From contig JAEZRQ010000005.1 of NCBI GenBank assembly GCA_023444045.1, positions 101,726 to 165,725 on the forward strand: DNA of 64,000 nt. The letters run 5' to 3'. Both the position numbers and the translations under genes were made by a program. How positions within the stretch are numbered: the first letter of the stretch is position 1; each line of letters begins with the position of its first letter. The notes under the pieces are model-generated. The model ran no database searches, had not been told where the DNA came from, and saw nothing but the letters and a program-made list of their open reading frames with translations. Shown one piece after another: positions 55,815-64,000 of the stretch. Source of the stretch: Candidatus Parcubacteria bacterium. Lineage in GTDB: Bacteria > Patescibacteriota > Patescibacteriia > Patescibacteriales > UBA12465.

Positions 55815-57047
55815 TTAAATAATTACTTCCCTCTCCTGGCTATAAACATATTTTTTAATGTTTTTCTGCAGTTTATTAAAGGCCTCATCAATTTCTGAAT
55901 TACGATATTTTGAGAAGTCATCAATAATCTTTTCATCAAACATTTTTCGGTAATAGCCCACAACTTTTTCTTTATCAGAATCGTCTATAAAATCAAAAAG
56001 GCGTTTCACAACTTTATCGTTAATAAAGCTATTAAAATCTTCAGTCATTATAGCGTTCTGCCACAATTCTTTTAACCAAGCATCATTTTTAAATAAGCCA
56101 TCAATTTCCTCTTTTTTCTGAAGATTAGCCTCCATTAAAACTACTCCACCCCTTAAGTCTGCCGGCAAGTATTTTTTTAAGAAATCCTCAGTTTTAATAT
56201 AAGCAATCACGCTCTTAAATGGTAATTCGCCGTTTTTCATTAGTGCGTCTATTCGTTTTTTATTAATTTCACCATCCTTATCAATAAATTGGAACCAAGT
56301 GGAAAAATCATTAGACTTTATATCATTATTCTCTAAGACTTTAAAACCTAAATTGTTAGCAACAGCTGTATCTAGTAACCATGATTTTCCAATAATAGCT
56401 GCTGTCTCCGGTTTTTCCTTGATAATTTTTTCAGCAATTAAACCTAAATCCTGCCTAATTAAATCTGGGGTTAGGCTTGCTTGTTCGCTCTGATAAAAAT
56501 CCTTAAAATGAACTTCAATAAATTCATCATTTTTATCAAACCCCTCCTCCATTAACGGCGCAAATTTGCCATTAGCTTCATTATCTAGGTGGGTGAAGTT
56601 ATTAAACTGAACTACTCTAGTGTTATCATTATTCTCTTTTTTATCTTCCTTGGGGAGATTTTCTAAATCAAAACTAGCTATAATATTTTTCTGATGTTCA
56701 CTAATTAAATCTAAAATTTTTTCTGAACTAATTTCGTCATTCTCACTTAAAGCATCTACTTGGTCATAAAAAACAGATAGTAATTGGTTCATTTTCTCTT
56801 TATTCTTCCTAAAATTAAAATTTCCCAAATCAAAAACTGGCCTTAAAATAAAATTCTCTGTTGGGGAATAAAATTTCAAAGCTTCCGATAGTTTATAATC
56901 GGGCATTTCTTGTTTTACTTTCTCCCAACGAGAAATAGCATAAACTAAGGATATCTCTTTAATTTTTTCATTTAACTTTTCTTCTCTTTCCAAAACATTT
57001 TCTGCTTCAATTGGAACAGCGATGTCTTGTAGTTTTTCAAAATTCAT
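55815..57047 (-). CDS. hypothetical 410-aa acidic protein
   Basis: ORF with an ATGA overlap onto the upstream DedA-like gene. Family not recognised. Confidence 0.55.
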   Translation of the reverse strand: MNFEKLQDIAVPIEAENVLEREEKLNEKIKEISLVYAISRWEKVKQEMPDYKLSEALKFYSPTENFILRPVFDLGNFNFRKNKEKMNQLLSVFYDQVDALSENDEISSEKILDLISEHQKNIIASFDLENLPKEDKKENNDNTRVVQFNNFTHLDNEANGKFAPLMEEGFDKNDEFIEVHFKDFYQSEQASLTPDLIRQDLGLIAEKIIKEKPETAAIIGKSWLLDTAVANNLGFKVLENNDIKSNDFSTWFQFIDKDGEINKKRIDALMKNGELPFKSVIAYIKTEDFLKKYLPADLRGGVVLMEANLQKKEEIDGLFKNDAWLKELWQNAIMTEDFNSFINDKVVKRLFDFIDDSDKEKVVGYYRKMFDEKIIDDFSKYRNSEIDEAFNKLQKNIKKYVYSQEREVII

Positions 57048-57709
57048 ATTTTTTTCTTTAAAATATATTCTTGAATAAAAATTAAAACTAGACCAATCAC
57101 TAAGACACTAACCCTAGTATAAGCAGCTATTAAAACACCGGGTCCGCCGAGATCACCAATATAACTATATGAAGCCTTGCCAATACTGCCAAGGATAACC
57201 GGTAAAATGAATCTTTTAAAACCAAGCGGCCCCGCAGCCACGATATAAGTTAGCTCATCATCCGGCGAAAAAGGAATAACGTAGGCCACCAGTAATAGCA
57301 TTGGACCAACTTTCTCCACTATCTTATCAAAATGACGATAAAAGTTTTCGGAAACCAACTTTTTAAGTAGCGGCCGACCGTATTTCTTAACCAAGAAAAC
57401 AATTAATAGTAGGCTGGTAATAGCAGCGATAAAATTTATCACCGCCCCTAAAAGACCGCCAAATAGATAACCAGAAGCAATTAAGATAAAGGTGTTTAAA
57501 AATGGCGTAAAGACGATATAAAGAATTTCTACTATTAGATAAATAGCCATTCCCCACTGCCCACTCTTTTGCACCAATAATTGTAAAGTCTCTTGGTCTA
57601 AATATCTTTTAAAAAAGACCGCCACTACAATAACAATCAAAGCATATGCCAAAAGCACCAAAAGGCTTTTGGTTTTAGTGATGTCTTTAAAAAATTCTTT
57701 AATAAACAT
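57044..57709 (-). CDS. DedA/TVP38-TMEM64 family membrane protein
   Basis: Polytopic; LIASGYLFGGLLG...KKYGRPLL...PDDELTYIVAAG pattern. Confidence 0.7.
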   Translation of the reverse strand: MFIKEFFKDITKTKSLLVLLAYALIVIVVAVFFKRYLDQETLQLLVQKSGQWGMAIYLIVEILYIVFTPFLNTFILIASGYLFGGLLGAVINFIAAITSLLLIVFLVKKYGRPLLKKLVSENFYRHFDKIVEKVGPMLLLVAYVIPFSPDDELTYIVAAGPLGFKRFILPVILGSIGKASYSYIGDLGGPGVLIAAYTRVSVLVIGLVLIFIQEYILKKKI

Positions 57710-57772
57710 AATGATATTATAAAAGTAATTACAAAAAAAAGCGATTTTTTTATAAAAACCGCTTTTTTTATG

Positions 57773-58876
57773 TTAGATGGTAAAGCATTCCCTTTTGGAA
57801 AGTTTACCAAAATTATTCTTATCAAGAAGCCTGTCTGGATTACAAAAATCTAGTTTTGCCAGTTCCGGAATTATTCCGAGTAATTCAGCTACCGAAAACT
57901 TTGTCTTGTCCTGAAAGTTTTCATCAATCACTTTTTTTCCATAATTAGAAATTAGGTTATTTAAGTGATAAATATCATTTTCAGACGACAATGCAAAACA
58001 TAGCGCTGCGGCCCGAGTGCTTTCAAAATACCCCTCGAGATAATCAAAGACTCTTTTAAAGATAACACCCATGCCCAATCTTTCTGGGGACATATCTATT
58101 TGAAAATAAACTTTCTCATACATGAGATTTCTTATTTCCTTAAACAATTTTGCTTCCGCACTATCCTCAAAAGAAATTTTTTGTTTTTCCAGACTCTCTT
58201 TCCAGAGAGCTTGTAGGCATTTAATTGTTCTTTCGGACTGACTTTTTCCCAAAGCATCAATTTCCTTCAAAGATGGAAGATTCTGATAATTAATTCGTCT
58301 CACATCATTATAATCCGAAAAGATATAAAACTTATCACAAATCATCACTAAGTCATATTCTAGCACGTCAGCTCCATTTGAGATCATCGCCCCTGAGCCA
58401 CGAGAGTGGCGACGAATAGTTTGTAGTGTTTCGTAAGACAGATTTAAACCCCGGCCATTTCTCTCCACCATCTCTAAAACAAAAATGGCAAATTTTTCAT
58501 GGCGAAATTTTTCCTTAAGTCTTTCGGTTAATAATCTTTCACCTAAATGCCCAAAAGGAACGTGTCCTAAGTCGTGAGCCAGAGCCCCTGCTTGCAGTAA
58601 TGGAACATTTAACCCTAAACGCGCGCCAGTTTGAACTGCATTAGAGGCTACTTCAAAAGAATGAGTCATCCGATCGCGGATATTAATATTACTCGGGGCA
58701 GAAATAACCTGAGTCTTGCCTCTCATTCGACGCAGAGATTTGCTTTGCTGAATCTTCATTAAGTCAAGCATAAACGGGTCCATAAAATAAAGAGTTTGGT
58801 CGCGATCAAACTTAGGGCTAAGGGCCCGGCCAAGGGAATTCTCGCTTTTAAAAGCCAAGTGTGCTAAATTCTTCAT
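57773..58876 (-). CDS. dGTPase-like HD-domain triphosphohydrolase
   Basis: RMTHSFEVA...ALAHDLGHVPFGH HD motifs. Start set to ATG at 58876, 7 nt after AGGAGG (58889-58884). Confidence 0.8.
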   Translation of the reverse strand: MKNLAHLAFKSENSLGRALSPKFDRDQTLYFMDPFMLDLMKIQQSKSLRRMRGKTQVISAPSNINIRDRMTHSFEVASNAVQTGARLGLNVPLLQAGALAHDLGHVPFGHLGERLLTERLKEKFRHEKFAIFVLEMVERNGRGLNLSYETLQTIRRHSRGSGAMISNGADVLEYDLVMICDKFYIFSDYNDVRRINYQNLPSLKEIDALGKSQSERTIKCLQALWKESLEKQKISFEDSAEAKLFKEIRNLMYEKVYFQIDMSPERLGMGVIFKRVFDYLEGYFESTRAAALCFALSSENDIYHLNNLISNYGKKVIDENFQDKTKFSVAELLGIIPELAKLDFCNPDRLLDKNNFGKLSKRECFTI

Positions 58877-58953
58877 ATACAAGCCTCCTTTTTTTATTTT
58901 GTTTTCAATTTACTAATAGGCTAAGACTAAAATAAAACACCATTTAAGTCAAT

Positions 58954-59577
58954 ATGCTAGATTTACAGACCGAAAAAGAAATATTTACTCAAGGTTACCA
59001 GTATGTCGCTGGTGTTGATGAAGCTGGCCGCGGCCCTTTAGCGGGTCCAGTGGTTGCCGCCTGTGTGGTTATCGGAGCTGATTTTGAAATTGATAATGAT
59101 GACTTAAAATTAGTCGCTGACTCTAAAAAATTAAGCGCTAAAAAAAGAGAAAAGTTATTTAGTATTATTAAAGAGAAGGCCTTGGCCGTAGAAATTAGCG
59201 TGGTTAGTGAAAAGGTGATTGATAAAATAAATATTTTACAAGCCAGTCTCTTAGCTATGCGCCAGTCAATCGCTGCTTGCCAAGTTAAACCAGACTTTGT
59301 CTTAATTGACGGCAACCAAAAAATTCCCAAGATTATTCAAGAACAAAAAACAATTATTTCTGGTGATGCGACAGTTTTCTCTATCGCCGCTGCTTCCATT
59401 ATTGCTAAAGTTAGTCGTGATTATTTAATTAGTGAAGCTGCTAAAAAATACCCAGAATATGCTTTTGAAAAACATAAAGGCTACGGCACCAAACTGCATC
59501 TGGAAATGTTAGAAAAATATGGTCCCTGTCCAATACACCGCCAAAGTTTTGCACCAGTTAAAAAATTACTTAAATAA
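58954..59577 (+). CDS. rnhB: ribonuclease HII
   Basis: GVDEAGRGPLAGPVV and DSKKLS motifs. Confidence 0.93.
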   Translation: MLDLQTEKEIFTQGYQYVAGVDEAGRGPLAGPVVAACVVIGADFEIDNDDLKLVADSKKLSAKKREKLFSIIKEKALAVEISVVSEKVIDKINILQASLLAMRQSIAACQVKPDFVLIDGNQKIPKIIQEQKTIISGDATVFSIAAASIIAKVSRDYLISEAAKKYPEYAFEKHKGYGTKLHLEMLEKYGPCPIHRQSFAPVKKLLK

Positions 59578-59612
59578 AAAGAGTCTTATCTTTACGACAA
59601 GACTCTTTTTTA
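59576..59612. terminator. bidirectional intrinsic terminator
   Basis: AAAGAGTCTT / AAGACTCTTT stem with an 11-nt loop. Lies between convergent genes. Confidence 0.7.
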
Positions 59613-60263
59613 TTATAGGAGAGTGCTGATGTATTTTGGCACCGACTCAAATACTTTGTCTGGCGCGAAACCCATTGCCTCCCAGAAATTTCTAATAAAA
59701 CTCGGGGAGACAATTGGCACAAATTCTATACCAAGTTTTTGTGCCATCGGCCAATCACTATGAGGATCATTGCCGACAAAGATTATTTCATTGGTAGCAA
59801 AATCATTGACTATGGGGTCAAAAACCGCAATATCAGGCTTCTTTACACCATCATCGCTGGTTCTTACATAGTCAAAGATTTCTTTATTGCAGCCAATTTT
59901 GAGCAATCCTTTTACCAATTTTTGGTGGCTTTTGTTGGTCACAACACCCAGGCAGTAGCCATTTTTTTCCTTCAGGTCCATCAATTTTTTTGCCAAATCA
60001 ACGTTGACCGTGTTATTAATGTCCCCAAAAACTTTCTGGGCGTGACTCACAATAGTTTGAACCTGTAAATCAGTCCAAGCATACCTTTCCTGTAGCTTAG
60101 GGAGAATAACTCCCTGGAAAGAAGCGCTATAATTTTCATAAATAATTTTATAATCAACCAGTAGCGCTGTTTTTCTGATTGCCTCACACCAGATTGAAAT
60201 AATTTCATCAATGCTCATCAGTAATGAGCCTCCTAAAACGAAAACAATACATTTTTTTTCCAT
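59613..60263 (-). CDS. HAD-superfamily-like protein lacking motif-I aspartates
   Basis: Motif II VVTNKS, motif III KKPD and motif IV GNDPHSD are present. Motif I reads FVLGGSLL instead of FDxDGTL. AGGAGG lies 7 nt before the ATG. Confidence 0.7.
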   Translation of the reverse strand: MEKKCIVFVLGGSLLMSIDEIISIWCEAIRKTALLVDYKIIYENYSASFQGVILPKLQERYAWTDLQVQTIVSHAQKVFGDINNTVNVDLAKKLMDLKEKNGYCLGVVTNKSHQKLVKGLLKIGCNKEIFDYVRTSDDGVKKPDIAVFDPIVNDFATNEIIFVGNDPHSDWPMAQKLGIEFVPIVSPSFIRNFWEAMGFAPDKVFESVPKYISTLL

Positions 60264-60307
60264 TACATGGCCTCCTATCTTTTATTATTTAGTTGTTAAA
60301 GTTTTTT

Positions 60308-62095
60308 TTATTTTCTCCCCGCCCTGACCCTTTCGGTTTCAGTTAAGAGTTGCTTTCTTAATCTAATATTTTTCGGTGTTACCTCCAAATATTCATCTGC
60401 ATTCATTATACTAAGACCGCGTTCTAAATCAAGCTCCCAAGGTGGGGTAAGATTAATCGCCTCATCAGATCCAGAAGCACGAACGTTAGTCAGCTTTTTA
60501 CCCTTAATCGGATTAACCGCTAAATCATTTCCCTTGGCAACATTACCAATTACCATTCCTTCATAAACATCAATGTTTGGTTGAATATAAATCACGCCCC
60601 GATCCTGAAGATTCCAAAGAGCAAAAGCGGCTACTTTTCCGGAAATCATGGAAACCATGGAACCAAGTTCACTGCGTTCAATTACACCTACGTACGGCTT
60701 AAAACCTAAGAAATGAGAACATAGAATTCCCTCACCGCGGGTATCAACCACAAATTCATTACGGTAACCCAACAAACCACGAGTCGGGATTTCAAAAACT
60801 AAACGACTTTGACCATTGTGGCTTTTAAGATCAATCATCTGGCCTTTGCGACGAGACATCTTTTCAATCACCACCCCAGAACAACTCTCAGGAATATCAA
60901 TAGTCACTTCCTCAAAAGGTTCTAACTTTACACCATTATCTTCTTTGATGATTACCTCTGGCTGCGAAACTTGCATTTCATAGCCTTCACGGCGCATATT
61001 CTCAAGCAAAATAGCAATATGCAACTCTCCGCGGCCATAAACTTTAGCAAAGTTATTATCAGTAAAATCAACTTTTAAACCAACATTAACCTCAGTTTCC
61101 TTTTCCAGTCTTTCTCTAATTTGGCGGTTAGTCACAAACTTCCCTTCACGTCCGGCAAAAGGAGAATTATTAACCAAAAAGTTAAGACAAATAGTTGGTT
61201 CATCAATATTAATCGCTGGTAAAGCATCTTGCTCTGGAGAATCAGAAATTGTTTCGCCGATATAGACATCTGGCAGTCCGGCTACCATCACAATATCACC
61301 CGCCACCGCCTCTTGGATTTCTTGACGAGCTAGTCCAGCGAAAGTAAATAATTTAGTAGTTTTACCAGTTGTCATCGTGCCATCAGCCTCTTTAATATAA
61401 ACTGTTTGATTTGGTTTAATAATACCCTTATAAACACGGCAAATCGCACAGCGACCCAAGAAGTTGTCATAAGCTAAGTTAAAAGGCTGAGCCGCTAAAG
61501 TTAAAGTTTTTAGTTCTGGAGTGGCGGCTGGAGCAACGTGTTCAATAATTTTATTCAAAAGCGGATCAAGATTGCCTGATTCATCGGCTAAATTAAGTTT
61601 AGCAATTCCCGCCTTGCCAATTGCATAAACTACCGGGAAATCTAGCTGTTCATCGGTCGCCCCTAAATCTAAAAACAACTCATAAACCATTTCCTGAACC
61701 TCATCTGGTCGAGCGGCTGGTTTATCAATCTTATTAATAACTACAATCGGCTTAAGACCAAGTTCTAAGGATTTTTTTAACACAAATTTAGTCTGTGGCA
61801 TTGGGCCCTCCTGAGCATCAACCACCAGCAACACACAATCAATAGAGCGCAAAATACGCTCTACCTCAGAACTAAAGTCAGCATGCCCCGGGGTGTCCAC
61901 AATATTAATCTTAGTATCCTTATAAAAAAGGCTGCAATTTTTAGAATAAATTGTAATTCCTCTTTCCTGCTCTAAATTGTTGCTATCCATACTAGCACCA
62001 GCTTCGGTCATGCCATTCTGACGTAAAAGAGCGTCAGTTAAGGTTGTTTTACCGTGGTCAACGTGAGCAATAATAGCGATGTTTCTAATTTCCAT
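60308..62095 (-). CDS. typA: translational GTPase TypA/BipA
   Basis: [29 protein letters not shown]. Start moved to ATG at 62095. Confidence 0.95.
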   Translation of the reverse strand: MEIRNIAIIAHVDHGKTTLTDALLRQNGMTEAGASMDSNNLEQERGITIYSKNCSLFYKDTKINIVDTPGHADFSSEVERILRSIDCVLLVVDAQEGPMPQTKFVLKKSLELGLKPIVVINKIDKPAARPDEVQEMVYELFLDLGATDEQLDFPVVYAIGKAGIAKLNLADESGNLDPLLNKIIEHVAPAATPELKTLTLAAQPFNLAYDNFLGRCAICRVYKGIIKPNQTVYIKEADGTMTTGKTTKLFTFAGLARQEIQEAVAGDIVMVAGLPDVYIGETISDSPEQDALPAINIDEPTICLNFLVNNSPFAGREGKFVTNRQIRERLEKETEVNVGLKVDFTDNNFAKVYGRGELHIAILLENMRREGYEMQVSQPEVIIKEDNGVKLEPFEEVTIDIPESCSGVVIEKMSRRKGQMIDLKSHNGQSRLVFEIPTRGLLGYRNEFVVDTRGEGILCSHFLGFKPYVGVIERSELGSMVSMISGKVAAFALWNLQDRGVIYIQPNIDVYEGMVIGNVAKGNDLAVNPIKGKKLTNVRASGSDEAINLTPPWELDLERGLSIMNADEYLEVTPKNIRLRKQLLTETERVRAGRK

Positions 62096-62130
62096 AATAA
62101 AGTAGTTAGCTTCCAGAAATTGATAAATTC

Positions 62131-62170
62131 CCAAAAAAATAAATAGGTGGTAAGAAACCGAGCCTATTTT
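62131..62170 (-). promoter_or_regulatory. terminator-like hairpin inside the predicted typA leader (candidate attenuator)
   Basis: Minus-strand AAAUAGG..GGU/ACC..CCUAUUU stem followed by AUUUUUUU, lying between the predicted promoter and the ATG. Confidence 0.4.
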
Positions 62171-62189
62171 TAAATAATTAAGCTTTACT

Positions 62190-62218
62190 ATTCTAGTATA
62201 TAAAGCAGTTTAAGTCAA
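62190..62218 (-). promoter_or_regulatory. sigma70-like promoter for typA
   Basis: Minus strand TTGACT (62218-62213), 17 nt spacer, TAGAAT (62195-62190). Confidence 0.55.
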
Positions 62219-62352
62219 GAACCAGAACCCATTTCATTTAATATTAAGAAAAATAAATTTTATCAACCCTTATAATCTTATTAATCTTTTATTAAAAGGA
62301 TTTTCATTCTCATTTTCTTATAATTAAGCTTATTAACTAATTTATAAAAATT

Positions 62353-63024
62353 ATGAAGATTCTTATTATTGAAGATGAGGAAAGTATCGCTAAATTTATT
62401 AAATCAAGCCTTGAAAGTCAGCTTTATATAGTTGATTTAGCTAGTGATGGTGAGAAAGGGGCTTTAATGGCCAGAACTAATAAATATGACCTAATTATTC
62501 TAGATAACCTACTGCCAAAAAAGAATGGTTTAGATGTGGTCAAAGAAATTAGACTAGAGAAAACAACACCAATTATAATGCTCACTGTTTATGGCGATTT
62601 TGAATGCAAAGCTAAAGCTTTTAAGTTAGGGGCCGATGATTTTCTGACTAAGCCATTCTTACTGGAAGAATTATTTTTAAGAATCAAAGCGCTGCTTAAA
62701 AGGCCGCCGCTAACCACACCAACGGTTATTAGAATTGGCAGTTTAAATATTAACTTTGACAAAAGAATTGTTAGAAGAAAAAATCGTATTATCAGCCTAA
62801 CTCGTAAGGAATATCTAATTTTAGAGTTTCTCATCAGACACCGAGGAGAAATAAAGTCCCGGGAAGAAATTATTGAAGGTGCTTGGGATATTAATGCTGA
62901 TCCTTTTTCTAATTCCCTAGATACCCATATTGTTAATCTGCGTAAAAAAATAAGCCTGCCAGGGGAGGAACAATTAATTTATACCTTCACCGGAAGAGGT
63001 TACAAAATAGATAATAAAAAATAA
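62353..63024 (+). CDS. OmpR-family response regulator
   Basis: Receiver domain (IIEDEE, LIILDNLLP, LTKPF) plus winged-helix output domain (LTRKEYLILEFL...RGYKI). Confidence 0.9.
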   Translation: MKILIIEDEESIAKFIKSSLESQLYIVDLASDGEKGALMARTNKYDLIILDNLLPKKNGLDVVKEIRLEKTTPIIMLTVYGDFECKAKAFKLGADDFLTKPFLLEELFLRIKALLKRPPLTTPTVIRIGSLNINFDKRIVRRKNRIISLTRKEYLILEFLIRHRGEIKSREEIIEGAWDINADPFSNSLDTHIVNLRKKISLPGEEQLIYTFTGRGYKIDNKK

Positions 63025-63068
63025 TAAAACTTGCTTAGACGCTTATTTACTTATATTATGAAAATAAT

Positions 63069-64000
63069 ATGCCCCCATTACTGCAAGTCAACAACTTAAA
63101 GAAAGAGTACGGCGGAAAAGTAATTTTTTCCGGCCTGTCTTTTAGTATTTTTCCCAAGCAAAAAATTGGCGTTATTGGCCGTAATGGTGCCGGTAAATCA
63201 ACCTTATTTAAAATAATTCTTGGACAAGAACAGGCTGATGAGGGGGAAATAATTTTTAATAAAGAAACTATTGTCGCCGGGATTGAACAAAATAATGATT
63301 TTAAAGAAAGTGAATTAGCCCTTGATTACTTAAAAAGAAAAAGTCAGCAGGAAGAGTGGCGTTGCCAAAAAATTGCCAGTCATTTTCGTTTTACTAAAGA
63401 AGAGCTAGAAAAACCAGTTACCGAACTCTCCGGTGGTTGGCAGATGCGTCTTAAATTGAGTGCGATGCTACTTAAAGAACCTAATTTATTTTTACTGGAT
63501 GAACCGACTAATTACCTAGATTTAGGAACTATTTTACTGCTGGAAGATTTTTTAAAAAATTATCACGGTGCTTTTTTAATCATTTCTCATGACCGTGAAT
63601 TTTTAAAAAATACCTGCCAAGAAACCATTGAGATAACTCCCCATAAATGTATTAGCTTCCCCAGAGGAATTGAGGCCTATCTCGCTTTCAAAGAACAAAA
63701 ACTAGAGAGTGATCAGAATCTTAATAAAAAAATTGAGCGTGAGCAAAAACATCTCCAAAAATTTGTTGACCGTTTCCGTTATAAAGATTCTAAAGCTAAA
63801 CAAGCACAAGCTTTTATCAAAAAAATTGATAAACTGGAAGTTCATAAAATTAGTATTGAACACACCGCGAGCACGGTTAGGATAACTTTACCAACCGTTG
63901 AGCGACTCAAAAAAACAGTTTTAAATCTTGATAACTTAAGTATTGGTTATCAAAAAGAGTTGGTATCAGATTTAGATTTTATTGTAAAAGGCGGTGAACG
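63069..64000 (+). CDS. ABC-F family ATPase, N-terminal part (continues past window end)
   Basis: Not in the track because it has no stop in the window. Translation from ATG 63069: GRNGAGKSTL Walker A, LSGGWQMRL signature, LFLLDEPTNYLD Walker B, then an inter-domain linker and the start of a second ABC domain. Confidence 0.9.
   Translation, partial: MPPLLQVNNLKKEYGGKVIFSGLSFSIFPKQKIGVIGRNGAGKSTLFKIILGQEQADEGEIIFNKETIVAGIEQNNDFKESELALDYLKRKSQQEEWRCQKIASHFRFTKEELEKPVTELSGGWQMRLKLSAMLLKEPNLFLLDEPTNYLDLGTILLLEDFLKNYHGAFLIISHDREFLKNTCQETIEITPHKCISFPRGIEAYLAFKEQKLESDQNLNKKIEREQKHLQKFVDRFRYKDSKAKQAQAFIKKIDKLEVHKISIEHTASTVRITLPTVERLKKTVLNLDNLSIGYQKELVSDLDFIVKGGE

Noticed and set aside
3858-60068. Antisense ORFs of 60-125 aa within metG, the 5504 gene, rplK, rplA, nifS, cca, hydA, gap, PSP1, rpsB, pyk, envelope genes, GT2, ftsI, dus, U32, rnhB, HAD and the response regulator
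   Set aside because: Each is fully nested opposite a gene with clear family motifs. Compositions are biased, and there are no promoters or RBS. These are expected by-products of codon structure.
1-64000. CRISPR arrays, tandem or interspersed repeats, IS elements, integrases, reverse transcriptases
   Set aside because: No non-coding gap exceeds about 260 nt, and none of the gaps contains repeated units. No ORF shows transposase, integrase or RT motifs. This was a visual inspection only; a dot-plot would be the formal check.
1-64000. Alternative genetic code (UGA recoding, as in some CPR lineages)
   Set aside because: Long ORFs are intact under the standard code. TGA terminates at least the 46-aa ORF exactly at an ATGA junction, and nothing suggests in-frame TGA read-through.

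Overview
AT-rich (roughly 33-38% GC by eye), about 94% coding, no non-coding gap longer than about 260 nt. I call 65 protein-coding genes (two run off the window edges and one is a 46-aa ORF missing from the track) and one tRNA-Leu(CAG). Almost everything between 975 and 62134 is on the minus strand. The gene content looks like a streamlined, fermentative, cell-wall-bearing bacterium: short 'minimal' enzymes, an [FeFe]-hydrogenase and DUF4012-like/DUF11-like envelope proteins. A Patescibacteria/CPR-like origin is my inference, not a database result.

Content by theme:
- Translation and RNA modification: secE-nusG-rplK-rplA, rpsB-tsf, metG, cysS, typA, an ABC-F protein, cca, rsmI, rsmH, rlmN, tsaC, a mini tsaB, dus, tgt.
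- Lower glycolysis: gap, eno, pyk.
- Fe-S assembly: nifS-iscU.
- A partial dcw cluster: mraZ-rsmH-ftsL-ftsI-murF.
- An rmlA/rmlD plus glycosyltransferase envelope locus.

I found no CRISPR array, transposase, integrase or tandem-repeat array, and UGA is used as a stop codon.

Nothing here is an unambiguous new system. The best candidates, in order:
1. A promoter-to-terminator bracketed five-gene unit joining GAPDH to an SDR, a short NuoF-like flavoprotein, an unknown polytopic membrane protein and a CpI-type [FeFe]-hydrogenase (14.5-19.8 kb).
2. A leaderless-looking envelope operon of unknown membrane protein, GT4, DUF4012-like, giant surface protein and a TGT with no zinc-site cysteines, sitting downstream of a sigma-region-4 plus HARE-HTH-like protein (29.4-38.7 kb).
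3. A set of modestly GC-richer accessory genes that alone carry perfect AGGAGG-7nt-ATG ribosome-binding sites, some next to a tRNA-Leu embedded in an operon (54-60 kb).

All homology calls rest on motifs I recognise by eye. No BLAST or HMM search was run.
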